Positions 21,321 through 32,000 of a stretch of 32,000 bases of DNA are shown in pieces. The notes under the pieces are model-generated. The model was not told the DNA's origin. It ran no database searches and saw only the letters and a program-made list of their open reading frames with translations. The stretch is from assembly GCF_000195955.2 (NCBI RefSeq), contig NC_000962.3, positions 1,440,001 to 1,472,000 of the forward strand, in the 5' to 3' direction. Made by a program: the position numbers and the translations under genes. The DNA is from Mycobacterium tuberculosis H37Rv. Its GTDB lineage: Bacteria > Actinomycetota > Actinomycetes > Mycobacteriales > Mycobacteriaceae. Every line of letters begins with the position of its first letter. Position 1 is the first letter of the stretch.

Positions 21321-21836
21321 ATGGGTGAAGTGAGCGCGATTGTCCTGGCCGCCAGTCAGGCGGCAGAGGAAGGCGGCGAGTCCAGCAACTTCCTCATTCC
21401 CAACGGCACGTTTTTCGTTGTGCTGGCCATCTTCCTGGTGGTGCTCGCTGTCATTGGCACTTTCGTGGTGCCGCCGATCTTGAAGGTCTTGCGGGAACGT
21501 GACGCTATGGTCGCCAAAACGCTGGCCGACAACAAGAAGTCGGACGAGCAGTTCGCCGCCGCACAGGCCGATTACGACGAAGCCATGACGGAAGCCCGAG
21601 TCCAGGCGTCGTCCTTGCGCGACAATGCCCGGGCAGATGGCCGTAAAGTCATCGAGGACGCACGCGTCCGGGCCGAACAACAGGTGGCATCGACGTTGCA
21701 GACCGCCCATGAGCAATTGAAGCGGGAGAGGGACGCCGTGGAACTCGATCTGCGTGCCCACGTGGGCACCATGTCGGCGACTCTGGCCAGTCGAATTCTC
21801 GGTGTTGACCTCACCGCTTCAGCCGCGACGAGGTAA
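21321..21836 (+). CDS. atpF: ATP synthase F0 subunit b
   Basis: 171 aa; one N-terminal transmembrane helix followed by a charged helix ([37 protein letters not shown]-like). Confidence 0.96.
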
Positions 21837-21842
21837 CCACGA

Positions 21843-23183
21843 ATGTCGACGTTTATCGGACAGCTGTTCGGGTTCGCGGTCATCGTTTATCTGGTGTGGC
21901 GATTTATCGTGCCGCTCGTAGGGCGTTTGATGTCCGCACGGCAGGACACGGTGCGCCAACAGCTGGCGGATGCGGCGGCGGCCGCCGACCGGCTGGCGGA
22001 GGCGAGTCAAGCTCACACGAAGGCGCTGGAAGACGCCAAGTCGGAAGCGCACCGTGTTGTGGAAGAGGCCAGGACAGATGCCGAACGCATCGCAGAACAA
22101 CTAGAGGCCCAGGCCGACGTCGAGGCGGAGCGCATCAAAATGCAGGGTGCCCGTCAGGTCGACCTCATCCGGGCACAGCTGACCCGTCAGCTTCGCCTCG
22201 AGCTCGGTCACGAATCGGTGCGCCAGGCAAGGGAATTGGTACGCAATCACGTGGCCGATCAGGCACAACAATCGGCCACCGTCGACCGCTTCCTGGATCA
22301 GCTCGATGCGATGGCGCCGGCTACGGCCGATGTCGATTACCCACTGCTGGCCAAGATGCGCTCAGCCAGCCGGAGGGCATTAACCAGCCTGGTGGATTGG
22401 TTCGGCACCATGGCCCAGGACCTCGACCATCAAGGTCTGACCACCCTCGCCGGCGAGCTGGTGTCGGTAGCAAGACTGCTGGACCGCGAGGCCGTCGTCA
22501 CCCGCTATCTCACCGTGCCAGCCGAAGATGCGACGCCCAGGATCCGGCTGATCGAACGGCTGGTGTCCGGCAAGGTCGGCGCGCCAACGCTCGAGGTGTT
22601 GCGCACAGCCGTATCGAAGCGCTGGTCGGCCAATTCCGATTTGATCGATGCGATCGAACACGTGTCGCGGCAGGCGCTGTTAGAACTCGCCGAACGTGCG
22701 GGTCAGGTCGACGAGGTGGAAGACCAGTTATTCCGGTTTTCCCGCATTCTCGACGTGCAGCCCCGGCTTGCCATCCTGTTGGGTGACTGTGCCGTTCCGG
22801 CCGAAGGCCGAGTCCGGTTGCTGCGCAAGGTGCTTGAGCGTGCCGACAGTACCGTCAACCCGGTCGTGGTCGCGCTGTTGTCTCACACCGTCGAGCTGCT
22901 GCGGGGTCAGGCAGTTGAGGAAGCGGTGCTGTTCCTGGCCGAAGTTGCGGTGGCTCGCCGCGGCGAAATCGTCGCGCAGGTCGGCGCGGCGGCCGAGCTC
23001 AGCGATGCTCAGCGCACTCGCCTCACCGAAGTGCTGAGCCGTATCTACGGTCACCCCGTGACCGTGCAGCTGCATATCGACGCCGCGCTGCTGGGCGGAT
23101 TGTCCATCGCGGTCGGTGACGAAGTGATCGACGGTACGCTCTCGTCTCGTCTAGCTGCGGCCGAGGCACGACTGCCCGACTGA
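21843..23183 (+). CDS. atpH: ATP synthase b-delta fusion subunit
   Basis: 446 aa; N-terminal b-like transmembrane and coiled coil ([34 protein letters not shown]) fused to a delta domain ([35 protein letters not shown]). Confidence 0.96.
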
Positions 23184-23227
23184 ACCCGAACTAGTCAGCA
23201 CAAACCGAAGTAGGAAGACGAAAAGCT

Positions 23228-24877
<1,650 letters not shown>

Positions 24878-24883
24878 CTAACC

Positions 24884-25801
24884 ATGGCTGCCACACTTCG
24901 CGAACTACGCGGGCGGATCCGCTCGGCAGGGTCGATCAAAAAGATCACCAAGGCCCAGGAGCTGATTGCGACATCGCGCATCGCCAGGGCGCAGGCTCGG
25001 CTCGAGTCCGCTCGGCCCTACGCTTTTGAGATCACCCGGATGCTTACCACCCTGGCCGCTGAAGCCGCACTGGACCATCCGTTGCTCGTCGAGCGCCCGG
25101 AGCCGAAACGAGCCGGCGTGCTGGTGGTGTCGTCCGATCGTGGTTTGTGCGGCGCATACAACGCCAATATTTTCCGTCGCTCCGAGGAGCTGTTCTCCCT
25201 GCTGAGGGAGGCCGGAAAGCAGCCGGTGCTGTATGTGGTGGGCCGTAAGGCGCAGAACTACTACAGTTTTCGGAACTGGAACATCACCGAGTCGTGGATG
25301 GGTTTCTCCGAGCAACCCACGTACGAGAACGCCGCCGAGATCGCTTCGACCTTAGTGGATGCGTTCCTGCTCGGCACCGACAACGGCGAGGATCAACGGT
25401 CCGACAGCGGCGAGGGCGTCGACGAACTGCACATCGTTTACACCGAGTTCAAGTCGATGCTGTCGCAATCGGCGGAGGCTCACCGGATCGCCCCCATGGT
25501 GGTGGAGTACGTCGAGGAAGACATCGGACCGCGCACGCTGTACTCGTTCGAGCCCGACGCGACGATGCTGTTCGAGTCATTGTTGCCGCGCTACCTGACT
25601 ACCCGGGTGTACGCGGCGCTGCTGGAGTCCGCGGCGTCGGAGCTTGCCTCGCGGCAACGTGCGATGAAGTCGGCCACCGACAACGCCGATGACCTCATCA
25701 AGGCCCTGACGCTGATGGCAAACCGCGAGCGGCAGGCCCAGATCACCCAGGAGATTAGTGAAATCGTCGGTGGCGCAAATGCGCTCGCCGAAGCCCGCTA
25801 G
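24884..25801 (+). CDS. atpG: ATP synthase F1 subunit gamma
   Basis: 305 aa [33 protein letters not shown]...[14 protein letters not shown]. Confidence 0.97.
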
Positions 25802-27301
<1,500 letters not shown>

Positions 27302-27314
27302 CGGGAGTTGTGGC

Positions 27315-27680
27315 ATGGCCGAATTGAACGTTGAGATCGTCGCCGTCGACCGGAACATCTGGTCGGGTACGGCGAAGTTTCTGTTCACCCGCACCACCGT
27401 CGGTGAGATCGGCATCCTGCCCCGCCACATTCCGTTGGTGGCCCAATTGGTCGATGACGCCATGGTGCGGGTCGAGCGGGAGGGAGAAAAGGACCTGAGG
27501 ATCGCGGTCGACGGCGGGTTCCTGTCGGTGACCGAGGAGGGCGTCAGCATTCTCGCCGAATCTGCCGAGTTCGAGTCGGAGATCGACGAGGCCGCCGCCA
27601 AGCAGGATTCCGAATCCGACGATCCCCGCATCGCTGCCAGGGGCCGCGCCAGATTGCGCGCCGTCGGCGCGATCGACTAA
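27315..27680 (+). CDS. atpC: ATP synthase F1 subunit epsilon
   Basis: 121 aa [45 protein letters not shown]. Confidence 0.96.
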   Translation: MAELNVEIVAVDRNIWSGTAKFLFTRTTVGEIGILPRHIPLVAQLVDDAMVRVEREGEKDLRIAVDGGFLSVTEEGVSILAESAEFESEIDEAAAKQDSESDDPRIAARGRARLRAVGAID

Positions 27681-27687
27681 CCCGCCG

Positions 27688-28131
27688 ATGAGCGCGCCCA
27701 TGATCGGCATGGTCGTGCTCGTCGTTGTCCTGGGGTTGGCCGTTCTCGCACTGAGTTATCGTCTGTGGAAGCTGCGCCAGGGGGGAACGGCTGGGATCAT
27801 GCGGGACATCCCTGCGGTTGGAGGTCACGGCTGGCGCCACGGCGTAATCCGCTATCGCGGCGGCGAAGCCGCGTTCTACCGGCTTTCTAGTCTGCGCTTG
27901 TGGCCGGATCGCCGGCTCAGTAGACGGGGTGTGGAGATCATTTCCCGGCGCGCGCCCCGTGGCGACGAATTCGACATCATGACCGACGAGATTGTCGTTG
28001 TGGAACTGTGCGACAGCACCCAGGACCGAAGGGTAGGTTACGAGATCGCGCTCGACAGGGGCGCGTTGACCGCATTTCTGTCGTGGTTGGAGTCCCGGCC
28101 GTCGCCGCGCGCGCGCCGCCGTAGTATGTGA
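27688..28131 (+). CDS. DUF2550-type membrane-anchored protein (Rv1312-like)
   Basis: 147 aa with one N-terminal transmembrane segment (IGMVVLVVVLGLAVLALSYRLWKLRQGG); conserved location after atpC in actinobacteria. Confidence 0.85.
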   Translation: MSAPMIGMVVLVVVLGLAVLALSYRLWKLRQGGTAGIMRDIPAVGGHGWRHGVIRYRGGEAAFYRLSSLRLWPDRRLSRRGVEIISRRAPRGDEFDIMTDEIVVVELCDSTQDRRVGYEIALDRGALTAFLSWLESRPSPRARRRSM

Positions 28132-28141
28132 CGCACTGGTC

Positions 28142-29652
28142 AGCAGACGCAAAAGCCCCCATTTCGGGCTCTACTGACTGATCTGTGGGTGGTTGTGTCG
28201 GCCTGGCAGGGTGGGGCGGTGGCCGGCGAGGGTGAGCATGGCTAGGGCGATGAGGGCTTGTGGTGAGCGGAATCCGAACGCGATCCGGGTCAGTAGGCGG
28301 ATCTTGGTGTTGGTGGATTCGATCAGGCCTTGGGATAGGCCGTGGTCGAGGGCGGCGTCGATGGCCACCCGGTGGCGTTTGATGCGGGCGGCAAGCTCGA
28401 CGAATACCGGGATGCGACAGCGCTGGGCCCAGGAGATCCACCGGTCCAGGGCCTGTTTACCTTCCTCGCCCTTGACCGAAAACACATGCCGCAGGCTCTC
28501 TTTGAGCAGGTAGGCGCGATACAGACGGGGATCGGTCTTGGCGATCCAGGCCAGTTTGGCGCTTTGGCGTTCGGTGAGGTCCTCGGGGTTCTTCCACAGC
28601 GCGTAGCGGGCGCCCTTGAGCCGCCGTGCCCGCTCGCGGCCCGGACGTGGTGCGGCGTTCTTACCGGGCCGGCCCCGGCCCCACTTGGGTTCGGTGCGCG
28701 CGATCGCCCGTGCGTCGTTCCAGGCTCGGCGCCGCTCGACGTCGAGCGCCTCGGTGGCCCAGGCCACCACATGAAACGGATCGGCGCATTGAATCGCATC
28801 CGGGCAGCGCTCGGTGACCACGTCAGCGATCCAGTCCGCGGCATCGGCCGAAACGTGAGTAATCTGGGCGGCCCGCTCAGCGCCCAGGGCATCGAAGAAC
28901 AAGCCCAGGGTGGCCTTGTCGTGGCCCGGGGCGGCCCACACCAACCGGCCGCTGTCGTGATCGACGACCACCGTCAGGTACCGGTGGTGGCGCTTGTAGG
29001 AGATCTCATCGATACCGATGCGGCGCAAGTTCGCGAACCGGTCAATGCGCTTTTCGGTGTCGGCCCAGACCCGGGCCACGATCGCCCCGACGGTGCGCCA
29101 GGCGATCCGCATCAACTCGCACACCGCGGTCTTCGAACACGCCACCGCCAGCCAGGCCACCGTGTCATCGAAAGCATACGTGTGCCCGGCATGATGACGC
29201 GCCCACGGCACCGCCACCACCGTCGGCCCATGGGTGGGGCAGTTCACCCGCGGCGCCTCGGCCTCCAAGAACACCTCGACGGTGCCCCAATCCAGACTGC
29301 GCCATTGGCGCAGGCCCGCACCGCGGTCATACCAGGACGCCTTGCGACCGCAGCGACCACAGCGGCGCAACACTGCACTTCGTGGCCGCACCCGGGCGAT
29401 CACCCGCGCACCGTCTCCGGCGTCATCCTCCTCGAATTCGATGTCCTCAATCACGGTGCGCTTGTCGACACCCAGCAGCGCACGAAATAGCCTCACATTG
29501 CGCACGTCGTTGTCGGCTCCTTGTGTTTCTGATCCTTGACAAGCCAGAAACCTTAAGCCACAACGACGTGCGCCTACTCAGGACACAAACTCACCCACGG
29601 AAGTGTCAGAAGAGCCCAAAAACCGTGGGTATTGGGGGCTTTCGCGTCTGCT
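28142..29652 (-). mobile_element. IS1557-like insertion sequence, ISL3 family (boundaries approximate)
   Basis: Encodes an ISL3-type transposase. Outer inverted repeats AGCAGACGC(A/G)AAAGCCCCCA at 28142-28161 and 29633-29652 (19/20). Inner imperfect IR GGGCTCT(A/T)CTGAC...GTGGGTG..TTGTGTC at 28166-28199 and 29581-29617. Confidence 0.88.
28171..29505 (-). CDS. ISL3-family transposase (IS1557-like, Rv1313c-like)
   Basis: 444 aa, GTG start; RCGRCGRKASWYDRG zinc-finger-like start, GIDEISYKRHHRYLTVVVDHDSGRLVWAAPGHDKATLGLFFDALG, QGLIESTNTKIRLLTRIAFGFRSPQALIALAML. Apparently full length. Confidence 0.95.
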   Translation of the reverse strand: MRNVRLFRALLGVDKRTVIEDIEFEEDDAGDGARVIARVRPRSAVLRRCGRCGRKASWYDRGAGLRQWRSLDWGTVEVFLEAEAPRVNCPTHGPTVVAVPWARHHAGHTYAFDDTVAWLAVACSKTAVCELMRIAWRTVGAIVARVWADTEKRIDRFANLRRIGIDEISYKRHHRYLTVVVDHDSGRLVWAAPGHDKATLGLFFDALGAERAAQITHVSADAADWIADVVTERCPDAIQCADPFHVVAWATEALDVERRRAWNDARAIARTEPKWGRGRPGKNAAPRPGRERARRLKGARYALWKNPEDLTERQSAKLAWIAKTDPRLYRAYLLKESLRHVFSVKGEEGKQALDRWISWAQRCRIPVFVELAARIKRHRVAIDAALDHGLSQGLIESTNTKIRLLTRIAFGFRSPQALIALAMLTLAGHRPTLPGRHNHPQISQ

Positions 29653-29670
29653 CGCACGCGGAAGGTGCCG

Positions 29671-30252
29671 CTAGCTCGCCGTCCTATCACCACCGGGCCG
29701 CCACAGCACGTCACCGTCGGGATTGGCTACCCGCGACAGGATGAACAGCAGATCCGACAGCCGGTTCAGGTATTTCGCCGGCAGTACGCTGACGCCTTCC
29801 GGGTGAGCGTCGACCGCGGCCCACGCGGATCGCTCGGCCCGGCGAACGACGGTGCGAGCGACGTGCAACAGCGCCGACAGCGGTGAACCACCAGGTAGTA
29901 CAAAGGATTTTAGTGCAGGCAGGCCCGCGTTGTATGCGTCGCACCACCCTTCGAGCCGATCGATATAGGACTGTGCGATTCGCAGCGGAGGGTGCTTCGG
30001 GTTTTCCACTATCGGAGTCGACAGATCCGCACCGGCATCGAACAAGTCGTTCTGGATCTGCCGCAGCACATCCGTGATTTGAGTGTCCGGGTGGCCCAGC
30101 GCCAGGGCGGCCCCGATCGCGGCGTTGGCCTCGTCGCAATCCGCGTATGCCACCAGTCGGGCGTCGGTTTTGGCGACACGGGACATATCGCTCAATCCCG
30201 TCGTTCCGTCATCGCCGGTTCGGGTATAGATGCGGGTCAGGTGGACTGCCAT
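29671..30252 (-). CDS. ATP:cob(I)alamin adenosyltransferase, PduO type
   Basis: 193 aa MAVHLTRIYTRTGDDGTTGLSDMSRVAKTDARLVAYADCDEANAAIG...LPGGSPLSALLHVARTVVRRAERSAW. Confidence 0.93.
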   Translation of the reverse strand: MAVHLTRIYTRTGDDGTTGLSDMSRVAKTDARLVAYADCDEANAAIGAALALGHPDTQITDVLRQIQNDLFDAGADLSTPIVENPKHPPLRIAQSYIDRLEGWCDAYNAGLPALKSFVLPGGSPLSALLHVARTVVRRAERSAWAAVDAHPEGVSVLPAKYLNRLSDLLFILSRVANPDGDVLWRPGGDRTAS

Positions 30253-30285
30253 GAGCAAACGGTACTCGCTGACTGGCTTGGCTCA

Positions 30286-30314
30286 CTGACAAGGCAAAAC
30301 CCCTTTACTACACT
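30286..30314 (+). promoter_or_regulatory. Candidate murA promoter (CTGACA, 17-bp spacer, TACACT)
   Basis: -35-like CTGACA 30286-30291, -10-like TACACT 30309-30314, and a GTG start at 30321, consistent with a leaderless transcript. Confidence 0.55.
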
Positions 30315-30320
30315 GACCGG

Positions 30321-31577
30321 GTGGCCGAGCGTTTCGTCGTGACTGGGGGCAACCGGTTATCAGGCGAAGTGGCCGTCGGCGGCGCCAAGAACAGCGTGCT
30401 CAAGCTCATGGCTGCGACGTTGTTGGCCGAGGGCACCAGCACGATCACCAACTGTCCCGACATCCTCGATGTGCCGCTGATGGCGGAGGTACTGCGTGGT
30501 CTGGGCGCCACCGTCGAACTCGACGGTGACGTGGCCCGGATCACCGCACCTGACGAGCCGAAGTACGATGCCGACTTCGCTGCGGTGCGGCAATTCCGCG
30601 CCTCGGTCTGTGTGCTGGGACCGCTGGTCGGGCGGTGCAAACGGGCCAGGGTCGCGCTGCCGGGCGGTGACGCGATCGGGTCGCGTCCGTTGGATATGCA
30701 CCAGGCGGGCCTACGGCAATTGGGTGCCCACTGCAACATCGAGCACGGCTGCGTGGTAGCCCGAGCGGAAACGTTGCGCGGTGCGGAGATTCAGTTGGAG
30801 TTCCCCTCGGTGGGAGCCACCGAGAACATCTTGATGGCCGCCGTGGTGGCCGAGGGAGTCACCACTATTCACAATGCGGCTCGAGAACCCGACGTCGTCG
30901 ACTTGTGCACGATGTTGAACCAGATGGGCGCACAGGTCGAAGGTGCGGGTTCGCCGACAATGACCATCACCGGTGTCCCGCGGCTGCATCCAACCGAGCA
31001 CCGGGTGATCGGAGACCGTATCGTTGCCGCCACATGGGGCATCGCTGCCGCAATGACCCGTGGTGATATATCAGTGGCGGGCGTAGACCCGGCGCATCTG
31101 CAGCTGGTGCTGCACAAATTGCACGACGCGGGCGCAACCGTCACCCAGACTGACGCCAGCTTCCGGGTGACCCAGTACGAGCGTCCGAAGGCTGTCAACG
31201 TTGCGACCTTGCCGTTCCCCGGGTTTCCCACGGATCTGCAGCCGATGGCTATCGCTTTGGCGTCGATCGCCGACGGCACATCGATGATCACGGAGAACGT
31301 GTTCGAGGCGCGGTTCCGCTTCGTTGAAGAGATGATCCGGCTCGGTGCAGACGCTCGGACCGACGGGCACCACGCCGTGGTGCGGGGCCTCCCGCAGCTG
31401 TCGAGCGCTCCGGTGTGGTGTTCGGACATCCGTGCCGGGGCCGGCTTGGTGCTGGCGGGGCTCGTTGCCGACGGCGACACCGAGGTCCACGATGTATTCC
31501 ACATCGATCGCGGATATCCGTTGTTCGTGGAGAACCTGGTGAGTCTCGGTGCCGAGATCGAACGGGTATGCTGTTAG
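30321..31577 (+). CDS. murA: UDP-N-acetylglucosamine 1-carboxyvinyltransferase
   Basis: 418 aa [38 protein letters not shown]...; motif [29 protein letters not shown]. The usual active-site Cys position (E. coli Cys115) looks to be Asp (LPGGDAIG). Confidence 0.97.
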
Positions 31578-31620
31578 GCGACGGTCACCTATGGATATCT
31601 ATGGATGACCGAACCTGGTC

Positions 31621-31650
31621 TTGACTCCATTGCCGGATTTGTATTAGACT
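31621..31650 (+). promoter_or_regulatory. rRNA operon promoter (TTGACT, 18-bp spacer, TAGACT)
   Basis: Strong consensus-like -35/-10 between murA and rrs, followed by an A/T-rich leader. Confidence 0.82.
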
Positions 31651-31845
31651 GGCAGGGTCGCCCCGAAGCGGGCGGAAACAAGCAAGCGTGTTGTTTGAGA
31701 ACTCAATAGTGTGTTTGGTGGTTTCACATTTTTGTTGTTATTTTTGGCCATGCTCTTGATGCCCCGTTGTCGGGGGCGTGGCCGTTTGTTTTGTCAGGAT
31801 ATTTCTAAATACCTTTGGCTCCCTTTTCCAAAGGGAGTGTTTGGG
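31651..31845 (+). promoter_or_regulatory. rrn leader region with antitermination/processing elements
   Basis: tgtttgagaactcaatagtgtgtttggtggttt followed by tgccccgttgtcgggggcg and ctcccttttccaaagggag hairpins. A recognisable mycobacterial pre-16S leader. Confidence 0.75.
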
Positions 31846-32000
31846 TTTTGTTTGGAGAGTTTGATCCTGGCTCAGGACGAACGCTGGCGGCGTGCTTAAC
31901 ACATGCAAGTCGAACGGAAAGGTCTCTTCGGAGATACTCGAGTGGCGAACGGGTGAGTAACACGTGGGTGATCTGCCCTGCACTTCGGGATAAGCCTGGG
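31846..32000 (+). rRNA. rrs: 16S ribosomal RNA, 5' ~155 nt (truncated by window end)
   Basis: ttttgtttggagagtttgatcctggctcaggacgaacgctggcggcgtgcttaacacatgcaagtcgaacggaaagg, the conserved 16S start. Confidence 0.98.

Noticed and set aside
28342-29490. 382-aa plus-strand ORF antisense to the ISL3 transposase
   Set aside because: Opposite strand of an intact transposase. Low-complexity Gly/Ala/Pro composition, no domain.

Overview
This window is actinobacterial housekeeping DNA. From gene content, gene order and the 16S start I recognise it as Mycobacterium tuberculosis complex, the segment from cysN (Rv1286-equivalent) to rrs. No database search was run. Order: cysN/cysC 3' end, Rrf2 regulator, LysM-esterase (Rv1288-like), hypothetical (Rv1289-like), DUF2254 membrane protein (-), small secreted DUF732 protein (-), tRNA-Arg(CCG) (-), argS, lysA, thrA, thrC, thrB, rho, rpmE, prfA, hemK/prmC, Sua5/YrdC/YwlC protein, wecA/rfe, Rv1303-like, atpB-E-F-H-A-G-D-C, DUF2550 protein, IS1557-like ISL3 transposase (-), PduO-type cobalamin adenosyltransferase (-), murA, and the rrn promoter/leader with the first ~155 nt of 16S rRNA. 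I found no CRISPR array, toxin-antitoxin module, phage or credible undescribed defence or biosynthetic system. The most interesting signals are non-coding or repeat structures: (i) a 57-bp tandem repeat (3.77 copies) that fills the thrC-thrB junction and stays open in the thrB frame; (ii) a GC-rich repeat module present in-frame at both ends of hemK, so the protein carries matching MRWG(N/H)LPLAGE(S/N)G tags at its N- and C-termini; (iii) a 153-bp, 98% identical LysM duplication; (iv) strong hairpins near the Rv1291c-like 3' end, rpmE-prfA, the Sua5-wecA junction and just before rrs; (v) a 13-bp-stem U-less terminator candidate; (vi) unusual end structure of the IS1557-like element; (vii) a long structured rho leader; and (viii) a probable leaderless murA promoter.
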